Below are positions 1-10,900 of a stretch of 64,000 nt of DNA, piece by piece. The DNA is from a bacterium (GTDB lineage: Bacteria; Patescibacteriota; Minisyncoccia; Phycocordibacterales; Phycocordibacteraceae). Under the pieces are notes generated by a model that ran no database searches, was not told where the DNA came from, and worked only from the letters and a program-made list of their open reading frames with translations. Made by a program: the position numbers and the translations under genes. Positions within the stretch are counted from its first letter, which is position 1, and every line of letters starts with the position of its first letter. Location: the NCBI GenBank assembly GCA_021778295.1, contig JAJYCP010000001.1:2390-66389 (forward strand), given 5' to 3'.

Positions 1-1074
1 AATTTCCTGAAGGAGAAAGACGAAAACTTTACCGGCGAGGACGTACTTGAGGGTATTACCGCGGTTCTGTCGGTAAAACTTCCTGAAATCCAGTTTGAAG
101 GGCAGACGAAAGCGAAGCTCGGTTCGGTCGAAGCGCAAGGAGCAGTCGCCGCCGTTTTCGGAGAGGCGCTTAGTTCATTTCTTGAAGAGAATCCGGACGA
201 TGCGCGCGCGATACTGAACAAAGTTCAGCTCGCGCTCAAGGCGCGCAAGGCCGCGAAAGCGGCAAAGGACTCGGTGCTCAGAAAGGGCGCTCTTGAGGGC
301 ATGACGCTTCCGGGGAAACTTGCCGACTGCCAAACCAAGAGCGCTGAGGAAGGCGAACTGTTCATCGTCGAGGGCGATTCGGCCGGCGGCTCAAGCAAAC
401 AAGGACGGGATCGCCGGACCCAGGCCATACTTCCGCTGCGCGGTAAGATTTTGAACGTCGAGCGGGCGCGCATAGACCGTATGCTCGCTTCGGTTGAGAT
501 CCGCGCGCTGGTCGTCGCCATGGGGACCGCCATCGGCGATGTTTTCGATATTACAAAACTGCGCTATCACAAAATCATCATCGCGACCGATGCGGACGTT
601 GACGGCGCGCACATTCGTACGCTGCTTCTCACGCTCCTCTACCGCCACTTCCGGCCTATCATTGAGGGCGGCTTCGTCTACATCGCTCAGCCGCCGCTGT
701 ATAAAATCTCAAAAGGGAAGGCGATCGCGTACGCATATTCGGATAATGAAAAGGAAGCGGTATTGAAAGAATTCGGCGTCGCGGCAAGCGACATCGCTGT
801 TGTCGGCGAGGGCGACGATACCCCGGAAGAAGAAGTCGTTACGGCAAAAAAACCGGCCAAGGCGAACATTCAGCGTTACAAAGGTCTCGGCGAAATGAAC
901 CCGAGCGAGTTGTGGGAGACAACGATGGACCCGAGTCGCCGCGTTCTGAAGAGGGTGCATATCGAAGACGCCGAAGCGGCCGACCGCATTTTCGATATTC
1001 TCATGGGCACCGATGTCGCGAGTCGGAAATCATTCATCCAATCGAACGCGAAACTTGCGACGATTGACGCATAG
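1..1074 (+). CDS. gyrB: DNA gyrase subunit B (5'-truncated by window edge)
   Basis: Frame open from base 1; LFIVEGDSAGGS, PLRGKILNV, IIATDADVDGAHIR (TOPRIM), QRYKGLGEMN motifs. Confidence 0.96.
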   Translation, partial: NFLKEKDENFTGEDVLEGITAVLSVKLPEIQFEGQTKAKLGSVEAQGAVAAVFGEALSSFLEENPDDARAILNKVQLALKARKAAKAAKDSVLRKGALEGMTLPGKLADCQTKSAEEGELFIVEGDSAGGSSKQGRDRRTQAILPLRGKILNVERARIDRMLASVEIRALVVAMGTAIGDVFDITKLRYHKIIIATDADVDGAHIRTLLLTLLYRHFRPIIEGGFVYIAQPPLYKISKGKAIAYAYSDNEKEAVLKEFGVAASDIAVVGEGDDTPEEEVVTAKKPAKANIQRYKGLGEMNPSELWETTMDPSRRVLKRVHIEDAEAADRIFDILMGTDVASRKSFIQSNAKLATIDA

Positions 1075-1098
1075 CGGTTCGCACTCTGGCTGCGAACT

Positions 1099-1854
1099 TT
1101 ATGACCCGAGGATGGTTATCTTTGCGGAAGCACTGTCGTTATTCGTATCCGACTCTGTCACCGCGTGATCGAAGTTTGCGGTAACCGAAATGGTTTGGTT
1201 TGCGCCGGGGTTCGGCTGGCTGAATCCGAGCGTGTATTCGATGTAATCGCCTGGGTTGAGGCTCTGTTGGGGAACAGACTGGTAGATAGAATCCGAGGAG
1301 GTCGGGATGGAAGCACTGAAGCGCCACGGACCGGCGACATTCGTCCCGATATTCTTTACGGTGAATTTGACCGCGGGATTTTCTCCGTACGGTACCGTTG
1401 TCGTCGCGACGAATGAACTCGTCGAAGTTGAGGTAAGATACCCCACTGCGTTTATGGTGACGATGAAGTCAGGAAGGCCGAAAAGTGCGCTCGTACCGCC
1501 GCCAAGTTGATAGGTCCCGCTCGTTTTGGCACCGGCAGTCGGCGTTACCGCACGCGGCGCGCTCGGGCTTGAAGTCGCCTGCGCCGTGCTTGTCGAAGCA
1601 GTCGAACTCGCCGTGTCGAAAGGAATCGTTGTCGATGCGGCAGGAACGACCGAGAGGGAAGGCGTCGGAGCGCTCGTAAAGATCTGGGAAAGCGATACGG
1701 CAGCCGCACCGAGACGGCCTACCGTGCTCGGAACGTAGCGCGCCGAGTAAATGGCGAGCGAGATGCCAAGGACTATGAGCGTCACAAATCCCACCACAGC
1801 AAGGCCGTGTATGGCCGCCCGGCGGGCCGGCGTATTTATTTCTATCGAGGTCAT
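1099..1854 (-). CDS. Membrane-anchored protein with Ser/Thr linker and C-terminal CARDB/Ig-like domain
   Basis: N-terminal hydrophobic segment; PDFIVT...VKNIGT...VTESDTNND pattern typical of CARDB; start chosen at ATG 1854. Confidence 0.65.
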   Translation of the reverse strand: MTSIEINTPARRAAIHGLAVVGFVTLIVLGISLAIYSARYVPSTVGRLGAAAVSLSQIFTSAPTPSLSVVPAASTTIPFDTASSTASTSTAQATSSPSAPRAVTPTAGAKTSGTYQLGGGTSALFGLPDFIVTINAVGYLTSTSTSSFVATTTVPYGENPAVKFTVKNIGTNVAGPWRFSASIPTSSDSIYQSVPQQSLNPGDYIEYTLGFSQPNPGANQTISVTANFDHAVTESDTNNDSASAKITILGS

Positions 1855-1943
1855 GAATATGTACATACAATAGGATAGTTTCAATGTCAAGTTTCAAACA
1901 CTTGACGTATGCGATATTCTGGTGTATTCCTAGACAGGACTAT

Positions 1944-2624
1944 ATGGGAGGAATCACCGATTTCATCGTGCGGCTCTTCAGGGCTTGCGCACGCGCCTAC
2001 GAAAGAAAGTGGAGCTTTCTTGGCGTTTTCGTGTTCGTATTTCTCGGCAGTGTCTCCCTGCTCGCACAACTCAGCCTTTTACCGGATGCGCCACAGTTGT
2101 CAGTTGCTCCATCGGCTACGCTTACGGCAAGTCCGCTTATTGCTGCAAGCTTGCACACGGCAACGTCGACTGCGGGAGCCGAATTTCCGACGAGCATAGT
2201 CATCCCCGCGCTCCGGCTTTCAGTGACGATTGCGAATCCGGATACGACTGACATCAGTACGCTCGACAGCCTCCTCCTCAAAGGCGCTGTGCGCTATCCA
2301 ACTTCCGCACTGCTCGGCGAGGCGGGCAACGTCGTCCTCTTCGGACACTCAAGCTACCTGCCGATAGTCCTCAATCAGGCCTACAAGACGTTCGACGGTA
2401 TTCAGAAACTGACGTCGGGTGACGCTATCACCGTATACTCGTCCGATATGGCCTATACGTATCGGGTGAAGAGCGTCACGAAAGAAAGCGCAAACGATGC
2501 GGCGATCCCGCTCTCGGTTACCGGAAGGATACTCACACTTTCCACGTGCGACTCTTTCGGAGAGAAGACCGATCGATTCGTCGTCATCGCGGACTTTGTC
2601 GAGAGCCATTCGATTTCCAGCTAG
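1944..2624 (+). CDS. Sortase family protein
   Basis: N-terminal TM; GNVVLFGHS (His), LTLSTC (TLxTC Cys), DRFVV (Arg) catalytic triad. Confidence 0.9.
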   Translation: MGGITDFIVRLFRACARAYERKWSFLGVFVFVFLGSVSLLAQLSLLPDAPQLSVAPSATLTASPLIAASLHTATSTAGAEFPTSIVIPALRLSVTIANPDTTDISTLDSLLLKGAVRYPTSALLGEAGNVVLFGHSSYLPIVLNQAYKTFDGIQKLTSGDAITVYSSDMAYTYRVKSVTKESANDAAIPLSVTGRILTLSTCDSFGEKTDRFVVIADFVESHSISS

Positions 2625-2714
2625 CTGGAAATCGAATGGCTCTCCGCAAGGAGAGAAAAGAAGATTGTTCTTTCCATCAGCCAGCCGCACGCGCGGCACA
2701 AAAGGAGTACGAAG

Positions 2715-3578
2715 ATGAACAAAATCATCGTTGTGCTGGCGCTCATCCTGGCGCTTGCGACAGTGGATTCGGCGCATGCCGAGTTCTCCTGGCGGTACTT
2801 CGGTGTCGCCCCCTATGCCTCGACGCGAGCCGAAGCGATGCGTACGCGCGAAAGCGCATTTCAGAAACTCGGCCTTCCGCCTCCGGTCGTCGCTCTCCTC
2901 ATGAAAGCGACAGAGAAGCCGGGTAAAAAAATGCGACTCACCGTAGGTGACCGTCTCGCCGCGATGCTTTCAACCGGAGGTATCGTGCACAAGGATGTGC
3001 GCGTTGATTTCGTCACGCCGCCGGTAAGCGGCAAGATGGAATACGCCGCGCCGGCGGAAGAGTGGCAGGTTTCTTGGCACGGGAAGATCTATACGGTCAT
3101 CTTGCCTGAAATTTGCAACAATTGGTCAACGCTGGTTCCGGTTCCGGTCCCAGCACCTACACAATGCGTCGAACTTACGTTCACTGCGCCAGTCGGAGGG
3201 CATGTTCGTTGGGGCGTTGGCAGCACCGAAGGCCCCTTACCGCCGAGCGAATGCAATGCTCAGCGCCAAGGTTCCGGAGCGTGGACGGCATGGATGGGCG
3301 AGTGCGATGTGTGCACTCCTGCACTTGGGTACATTCGAGGCATACTCGGGAGTACCGCAGAAGTGCCGCACAAGTACATGTATCCGGTAACGGCAACAAC
3401 GCAGACACTTCGCTTCTCAACAGCGATCCGGAGCCGAGTCGTCTATCTTTGCCTTGAATACCCGGATGGTTCGCAGACCTGCGGCGTTTACGTGAGGCCG
3501 CACGACTGGAAGGGCAGACGGAATGTCGTCATTCCTGGTGCGTTATGGCTGAAGGATAACGGAGAGTGCCCGCGGTAG
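2715..3578 (+). CDS. Secreted Cys-containing hypothetical protein
   Basis: AAGGAG upstream; signal peptide ending AHA; 287 aa. Confidence 0.7.
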   Translation: MNKIIVVLALILALATVDSAHAEFSWRYFGVAPYASTRAEAMRTRESAFQKLGLPPPVVALLMKATEKPGKKMRLTVGDRLAAMLSTGGIVHKDVRVDFVTPPVSGKMEYAAPAEEWQVSWHGKIYTVILPEICNNWSTLVPVPVPAPTQCVELTFTAPVGGHVRWGVGSTEGPLPPSECNAQRQGSGAWTAWMGECDVCTPALGYIRGILGSTAEVPHKYMYPVTATTQTLRFSTAIRSRVVYLCLEYPDGSQTCGVYVRPHDWKGRRNVVIPGALWLKDNGECPR

Positions 3579-3645
3579 CTCTTTGGGTTGGAATGATGAA
3601 CATCATACCCTCATTCCAACCCTTTTCATACGCCGTGTAATCGGC

Positions 3646-6105
3646 ATGAGCAGATTTATGACAAAAATGGAAAAAATGAATGCATATGCATCCAAACGAC
3701 CGGTTGTTATCGGTCTCTTTGCCGTAGTGCTCACGGTTGCTTTGGGCATGTCGATTGCGTTTGCAGCAGGTTTCATCACACCCTCGCAGATTTTCGCTCA
3801 AGTCGTCGGGCCGCCTTGTTGCCCGCCACCCCCACCGCCACCCCCACCCCCTCCGCCACCCCCACCCCCTCCGCCTCCGACACCCCCGCCGGTGCCCACC
3901 TGCACTCTTTCTGTAAACCCATCCACTCTTCCGTATGGAGGCGGTTCGACGGTCCTCTCGTGGACCACGAGTGCAGCTTCCAATATGCTCATCCAAAGTA
4001 GCGATGCAAACGGGAAAACAGGCACGGTTACCTCAGGATGGATTCTGGCAAGCCCATCCGGTTCGCAGAGCGTCACCGAGTCTATAACAACGCAGTTTAC
4101 GATGACGGTCTCGGGTGCCGGCGGCACAACGCAGTGTCAAACCATCATTACTGTGGCCCCGCCCCCCGCTCCCACCTGCACACTTACAGCGAGCCCCACT
4201 TCGCTCGCTTATGGGGGCGGCTTGACCACGCTCACATGGACAACGACCGGTGCAACTTCAGCGAGTATAGATAACGGCGTCGGCTCGGTCACACCGGTAA
4301 TATCCGGCGCGAAACTGATTTTTGTTGTTACGACAACGAACTACACCCTGACTGCGAAAGGTCCAGGCGGAGAAACGACGTGTGCGGCGGCAGTAACTGT
4401 TGCCCCTCCGCCCCCGCCCACCGCTCCCACCTGCACGCTCACCGCTTCGCCAACCGCAATTCAGACCGGCGGCTCCGCGGCGCTCAGTTGGACGACAACC
4501 AATGCAACTTCGTTTTCAATCGATCAAGGCATCGGTTCTGTCACACCGGTTGCTTCCGGTTCAAAGTCCGTTTCTCCGTCGACAACGACCACCTACACCG
4601 GTACCGCAACCGGTTCCGGCGGCACCGTCCACTGCGCCGCGACCGTGACGGTCACCTCAACCCCGCCCCCGCCCACCGCTCCCACCTGCACGCTCACCGC
4701 TTCGCCGACGAGTGTGAATACTGGCAACCACACAACGCTCACATGGACGACGACGAATGCCGACACGTTCACTATTGATCATGGTATCGGTTCCGTATCG
4801 CCCGCTGTCGGCGGGTCGATACTCTCAGGAGCGATTACAGCCACTACCACATTCACCGGTACGGTCGTGAGTCCCTCCGGAGAGACCGCAACGTGTTCCG
4901 CGGCCGTTTCAGTGAACGGCGGAGGCGGCGGAGGCGGCCCGACCTGCTCGCTCACCGTCTCGCCGACGAGCTACACCACCGGCGGTTCGGCAACGCTTTC
5001 CTGGAGCGGTAACGAAATCTCAAATGTCGACATTAACAATGGCATCGCAACCGCGACAAGCTCGCCCGGCTCAGTCGTCGTCTCGCCGGCGGCGGTCGGT
5101 AGCTATACCTATACGGGAACCTTCCATGCACAAACCGGCCAGACCCTTACCTGTACCGCAACGCTTGTTGTAACAGGCGGCGGAGGGGGTGGCGGTTGCA
5201 CTAGCAACTGCGGCGGAGGCGGCGGATCACCTCCGCCCGTCATCACGCTTTCAGCGCTTCCTCATGCCAGCACGCAGCCGCTTGCGTACCTCTACCTCTC
5301 GCAAATACCCTATACCGGACTCGATCTCGGACCCGTCGGGACGACGCTTTACTGGCTTGCGCTTATCGGTTGGTCGCTCGCGCTCGCCTATCTCATCCTT
5401 TTCGGTGCCGTGCCGTTTGCCTATGGCCACGCGCGCCGCTTCGGCGAAAGGATTTCTGCGACGCTCAATAACGCGCAGAAATCCGAGGATAAAATCGCGT
5501 CCGTAGCACTCACACCCCAGCTTCCCGAGACGCCTCAAGCATCGCGGGGGTATTCCGCCTACGAGGGTTTCAAATCTTTCGCACACAACGGCGCACTCTC
5601 CATAGAAGATATTGTGAAAGGTCTTTCCCATCAGACTCGCCCGCCAGTCGTCGATCGTACCGTGAAGCCGACGCGCAATGTCGAACCCATATATGAAAAC
5701 GTCGAACCGGTCCGTGAGAATGTCGAGACAATCGCAGAGGGGATTGCGCCGGAAGCAGATGCAGCAACGCATGGAACGCCGGTACAGGTGCGCGGCTTTC
5801 TCTCGGCGCTTGTCGAAGGCGACCGCGTCGCGGTATTTGCCGGACTGCGTGAATACGTGCGCGGAGGAGGGAAGCCGGAGCGGCTGCTCTGCGACACCGT
5901 CTGTCTTCTTGACGACGTATACCGCGCGCGCATCGACGGGACCGCCTGCGATGCCGATATAAGCCGCCTGACGGCGCGCCTTACCACGCCGCATCTCGAA
6001 CAGCTCGTCGCCGCGCTCGCCACGGCGATTGACTCAAGCTATTCGGCGGGGGTCACGGGCGCAAAGCTTGCGCTCACCCGCGCGCTTGCATTGCTCGGAG
6101 CGTAA
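3646..6105 (+). CDS. Large surface protein: polyproline, Cys-paired Ig-like repeats (PTCTLTASPT), IPYTG sorting-like motif, TM, cytoplasmic tail
   Basis: Signal-like N-terminus, 19 consecutive Pro, five PTC(T/S)L...C modules, IPYTG at 5305-5319 then hydrophobic helix; start uncertain (3646-3676). Confidence 0.8.
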   Translation: MSRFMTKMEKMNAYASKRPVVIGLFAVVLTVALGMSIAFAAGFITPSQIFAQVVGPPCCPPPPPPPPPPPPPPPPPPPTPPPVPTCTLSVNPSTLPYGGGSTVLSWTTSAASNMLIQSSDANGKTGTVTSGWILASPSGSQSVTESITTQFTMTVSGAGGTTQCQTIITVAPPPAPTCTLTASPTSLAYGGGLTTLTWTTTGATSASIDNGVGSVTPVISGAKLIFVVTTTNYTLTAKGPGGETTCAAAVTVAPPPPPTAPTCTLTASPTAIQTGGSAALSWTTTNATSFSIDQGIGSVTPVASGSKSVSPSTTTTYTGTATGSGGTVHCAATVTVTSTPPPPTAPTCTLTASPTSVNTGNHTTLTWTTTNADTFTIDHGIGSVSPAVGGSILSGAITATTTFTGTVVSPSGETATCSAAVSVNGGGGGGGPTCSLTVSPTSYTTGGSATLSWSGNEISNVDINNGIATATSSPGSVVVSPAAVGSYTYTGTFHAQTGQTLTCTATLVVTGGGGGGGCTSNCGGGGGSPPPVITLSALPHASTQPLAYLYLSQIPYTGLDLGPVGTTLYWLALIGWSLALAYLILFGAVPFAYGHARRFGERISATLNNAQKSEDKIASVALTPQLPETPQASRGYSAYEGFKSFAHNGALSIEDIVKGLSHQTRPPVVDRTVKPTRNVEPIYENVEPVRENVETIAEGIAPEADAATHGTPVQVRGFLSALVEGDRVAVFAGLREYVRGGGKPERLLCDTVCLLDDVYRARIDGTACDADISRLTARLTTPHLEQLVAALATAIDSSYSAGVTGAKLALTRALALLGA
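4408..4706 (+). repeat. 44-bp exact direct repeat (4408-4451 and 4663-4706) at the start of two Ig-like modules
   Basis: CCGCCCCCGCCCACCGCTCCCACCTGCACGCTCACCGCTTCGCC occurs twice. Confidence 0.9.
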
Positions 6106-6135
6106 AGCATTTCAACACTCCTCACCGACTACCTT

Positions 6136-7878
6136 CTACCTTCGCGTCTTGATTTCTTCATTCGCGCGCGCGATAAAATCCGCAAGCGGCATCGCATCCA
6201 GTTTCCCCGCATCGCGACTCTCAGCCGAAACGGTTTTCGCTTCGGCCTCGGTATCACCGACAACGAGGAGATACGGGATTTTTTCCATCTTTCCTGAGCG
6301 GATTTTCTTGCCGAGCGATTCATTTGTATCGGCTGTTTCCGCGCGGATACCCGCCGCCTTGAGCGCAGTCAAAACCTCCTGCGCATACGCGGCGTGTTTT
6401 TCGGACACCGGAAGGACGCGCGCCTGTACCGGTGCGAGCCAGAGCGGAAGATTACCGCCAGTGTGTTCAAGCATGACAGCCGAGAAACGCTCGATCGAGC
6501 CCATGATGGCGCAATGGATCATCACGATACGCTCCTTTTCTCCCCGTTCATTCACGCACGAGAGGTTGAATCGTTCGGGAAGATTCATGTCGAGCTGAAT
6601 GGTCGCGACCTGATGCTCACGACCGAGAGAATCGGTCGCTATGAAATCGAGCTTCGGACCATACATCGCCGCCTCGCCTGGCGCCTCGAAGTAATCGGCG
6701 CCACGCTCTTTTGCGATCAAGCGAAGCGCATCCTCGGCATTCTTCCAGATTTCCGGCGTCCCGAGATATTTTTCTGCCGATGCGGGGTCATGGAAGGAAA
6801 GACGGACACGAAGTGTGAAGCCGAATCCGCCGTAGAACGTGTCAATGATGTCCCAGATTTTGAAGAATTCTTCGCGCACCTGGTTGTGACGGCAGAATAC
6901 ATGGCTGTCATCCTGAGTGATTGAGAGCACGCGCGTAAGTCCGCCGAGCTCACCGGATTGCTCGTCGCGATACACCATCGTCGTTTCAGCATACCGCTGT
7001 GGCATGTCCTTATAGGAGTGAGAATGGCGGTTGAAGATTTGCGTATGATGCGGACAGTTCATGGGCTTCAGCGCGTATTCCTTGCCTTCGCGAGTCGTTA
7101 TGCGGAAGAGCTCCGCCGCGAACTTCTCCCAATGGCCCGAGGTCTCATAGAGCGCTCGTTTTGTGATATGGGGAATGGTCACCCGCTCATAGCCATGCTT
7201 CGCACGTAATTCCCAGACATAGGCGTCGAGCAAATGCCGCATAAGTGCTCCTTTCGGCGTCCACAACGGGAGGCCGGAACCGACGAGCTCGGAAAAGGTG
7301 AAGAGATCAAGCTCTTTGCCGAGTTTGCGATGATCGCGTTTTTTCGCTTCTTCCTGTTGCGCGCGATACGCTTCAAGTTCGTCTTTTGTATCGAATGCGA
7401 GACCGTAAATGCGGGTAAGCATAGGGTTCTTTTCATCGCCGCGCCAGTATGCGCCCGCGACGCGTTCAAGCGCGAACGAGTCTGGTGCGATATCTTTCGC
7501 GGGATTTTCCGCATGTCCGCCGCGGCACAAGTCGGTAAAATTGCCCGCCGTATAGAGCGTCAGTTTCTCGCCTTTTTCGGCAATCTCGTTGACAAGCTCG
7601 CTCTTAAAAGGATTCTTTTTGAAACGATCGTGTGCGTCCTTCAAAGAAATTTCTGCCGCGCGCATGCTCGTCCACGAAGGAAGCAACGCGCGCATCGTTT
7701 CCTCGAGTGCTGCGAGATTCTCTTCGCCGGGCTTCTCGCCGAGCGAGAAGTCGAAGTCGTAATAAAAGCCGTTTTCAATGGTGGGACCGATAGTCGGCAG
7801 TGCATGCGGATAACGCTCCTCGACCGCTGCGGCAAGGAGATGGGCGAGCGTATGGCGTTTATGCTCAAGCGACGTCAT
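6136..7878 (-). CDS. thrS: Threonine--tRNA ligase
   Basis: RHTLAHLL, DLCRGGH, RDHRKLG, LKPMNCPHH, YGPKLD, GSIERF motifs. Confidence 0.97.
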   Translation of the reverse strand: MTSLEHKRHTLAHLLAAAVEERYPHALPTIGPTIENGFYYDFDFSLGEKPGEENLAALEETMRALLPSWTSMRAAEISLKDAHDRFKKNPFKSELVNEIAEKGEKLTLYTAGNFTDLCRGGHAENPAKDIAPDSFALERVAGAYWRGDEKNPMLTRIYGLAFDTKDELEAYRAQQEEAKKRDHRKLGKELDLFTFSELVGSGLPLWTPKGALMRHLLDAYVWELRAKHGYERVTIPHITKRALYETSGHWEKFAAELFRITTREGKEYALKPMNCPHHTQIFNRHSHSYKDMPQRYAETTMVYRDEQSGELGGLTRVLSITQDDSHVFCRHNQVREEFFKIWDIIDTFYGGFGFTLRVRLSFHDPASAEKYLGTPEIWKNAEDALRLIAKERGADYFEAPGEAAMYGPKLDFIATDSLGREHQVATIQLDMNLPERFNLSCVNERGEKERIVMIHCAIMGSIERFSAVMLEHTGGNLPLWLAPVQARVLPVSEKHAAYAQEVLTALKAAGIRAETADTNESLGKKIRSGKMEKIPYLLVVGDTEAEAKTVSAESRDAGKLDAMPLADFIARANEEIKTRR

Positions 7879-7903
7879 GAGAGAGAGAATAGCATATAAC
7901 AAC

Positions 7904-10900
7904 TTACAGCGGCTTTATATCATCAATCGCGATCGAAGATTCGCCGTTTCTGATAGAGACTTTTCCTTTCACCAGGAGGCACGCACCCGGCACAAGCGCG
8001 TTCGCATGCTCTTTAAAGAGCCGGGGGAAGATGACCGCCTCAATGGAACCGGTCATATCTTCCAAAGTAACAAATACCATCTTCTCGCCGCTCTTGGTGA
8101 GGATTGCGCGCACGACGAGAACGAGAACCGGAAGTATGATCAGCATCCCCGCGCGCGGTTCTTCTTTGATTTTTGAGATCGAAAGCTTTGCTTTCGTAGT
8201 CAACGCGCCATGCGCATCGAGCGGATGACCGCTTACGTAAATACCGAGCAATTCTTTCTCCCATGAAAGTTTGTCGAGGAGCGAGACCGGTTTCCCGGCG
8301 GGGATTGAAAGCGGCGGCGCATCAAGCATGCCGAAAAGAGAATCCTGCGGGGCATCAGCGGTCGTCTCCCGATGGAAGGTGAGCAACGTCTCGATACTTC
8401 CGAGCAGTGCGCCGCGGTCGCTTTCGGGAAGACTTATCGAATCAAGCGCGCCGCATTTGATGAGCGATTCAAGCGACTTCCGATTCAGGTTTTTCGAGCC
8501 GATGCGGGAAAGGAAGTCGGAGAGCGTACGGAAGAGGCCATGTGCCTCCCGCTCGGCGATAATCGTCTCCGAAATTCCGTCGCCGAAATTTTTAATCGAT
8601 GAAAGGCCGAAACGAATGGCGTTCGGGAACTCGTTCGGGAGAGCGTTTAAAGGGTACGAAGCGTGAATGGTCGTAAAATCACTGCCGCTTTCATTTATAT
8701 CCGGCGGCAAGACGGGAATATTCATGCGCTTCGCTTCCGCGACGAAGACGGCAATGGAATCAGTATCGCCCGAGTCGGCGGTGAGGAGGGCCGTCAGGTA
8801 TTCGACGGGGTAATTCGCTTTCATATAGGCGGTCTGGTATGCGACTTTGCCGTAGCTCGCCGCATGCGCCTTGTTGAAACCGTATGCGGCAAAAGGTTCG
8901 ATGAGCGACCAGAGCTTCTCCGCTTTTTCCGGCGAAAGTTTTCCATATTCTACGAATCCCTTGAGCAATTTTTCCTTCTCCGCCAACATCACTTTCGGAA
9001 TCTTCTTGCCCATCGCTTTTCGGAGCGCATCCGCTTCAAGCCAGGAATAACCGGCGAGTTTTATCGCGGTGAGAAGCACATCATCCTGATAGACCAAAAG
9101 GCCATAGGATGCTTCGAGGTACTCCTTCATGCGCGGGTCGACAAAACGAATCAATTTCGGGTTGTGCTTCCGCTCGATGTAGTTTGGAATCGTTTCCATC
9201 GGTCCGGGACGGTAGAGCGCGACCATTGCGTTAATGTCGTGAATAGTCGACGGTTTGAGCTCTTTGAGCCAACGCGTCATGCCGGAGCCGTTCAGCTGGA
9301 ACACGCCCTCTGTTTCGCCGCGCGCGAGCATCTCATACGTTTTCGCGTCATCGATCGGGATATTCTCAATATCGATTTTAATGCCGCGCGTCTTCTCCAC
9401 CTGAGCAACCGCATCGGCGAGAATGGCGAGGTTTTTGATACCGAGAAAGTCGAACTTCAGAAGTCCGACGCCGCCGTACTCGTCGGTAATGGAATACATA
9501 TCGTACTGCGTGATGAGCTTCCCCGTGCCTTTGGGGTCGGGTTGGAGAGGGGTCCACCGCACAAGCGGGGTCGGCGCAACGACCACTCCCGCCGCGTGGA
9601 CGCCGACGTGTCGCACGCACCCCTCGATGCGTTTCCCGAGATCGAGTATCTCCCGCGCGTCGTCGTCCTCATCATAGAGCGCCTTCAAATCCGGTTCGAG
9701 CTCGAGAGCGTGATCGATGGTCATCGGGAAACCCTGCGAACCCATCGGAATGAGTTTTGCGATACGGTCGCCGATGGTATAGGAGTGGCCGAGCGCACGC
9801 GCCACGTCGCGCACCGCCGCACGCGCCATCATCGTACCGAACGTGCCTATCTGCGCGACATGATCTTCACCATACTTTCTTTTCGTGTACGCGATCATCT
9901 CATCACGGCGGTTATCAGCCATGTCCATGTCGATATCCGGCGCTTTCGGACGTTCGGGATTCAAAAAGCGTTCAAACGGGAGTTTATAAAAAAGCGGATT
10001 GACATTTGTGATGCCAGTGAGGTACGCGACGAGGGATCCGGCCGCCGAGCCGCGCGTCGTGGTGAGGATGCGCTCGGTGCGCGCGAACGCGAGCAAGTCG
10101 GCGACGATGAGGTAGTACACCGCAAAACCTTTGTTGATGATGATCGCAAGTTCGTATTCGATGCGGTCCGTGACTTCTTTTGTTTTCTCCAGTGCCCGTT
10201 CCTCGATGCCTGCATACGCTTTTGCCCGCAACTCCTCATCGTGCGTTGCGAAACCGACAGAGACGGGTACGGCTGGGAAGGTCCACTTCCCGAGCTCAAA
10301 CGATACGTTACAGCGGTCGGCAATCGCGCGCGAAGCGTCGACGGCTTCCGGACTGTCCTTAAAAAGGTCGAGCGCGCGCGTTTCGCTGATGAAAGAAAAA
10401 TCCTCGTCTTCATTTCTCCCGCGCTCGCCGTGGGCGATACGACGCAGTATCTCGGTCGCTTCACGGTCGTCCGACTCAAGGTAATACACGTCATGCTGGG
10501 CGACGACCGGCGTCGCGCTCTCGCGCGCGAGCGCTCCGATTTTATGCATCAATGCTTCATGTCCCTGCACGCGCGGATGGTGTGTGATCTCAAGGAAGAC
10601 ATTTTCAGAGCCGAATATGCCCTTGAATTCGGCGAGCGCAGCCGCCGCTCCTTGCGGGTCGCCGGCGCGCAACAGTTGAGATACATCTCCCGAAAAAGAG
10701 GGAAGAAGGGCGATAACTCCGCGTGCATGCGCGCGCAGCAGCTCTTTGTCCATCCGCGGACGTTCGAGAAACCCTTCCGTCCACGAGGTAGTGACGAGAG
10801 CGAGAAGATTTTCGTACCCCTCGTTGTTTTCAGCGAGCAGTACGATACGGGAACGTTTCGTGTCGCTGCTACGATCCCGCTCAAAGAGCGAGCGCGGAGC

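Noticed and set aside
760..870. Acidic insertion in the GyrB tail
   Set aside because: Known variable region; no repeat structure seen in the DNA
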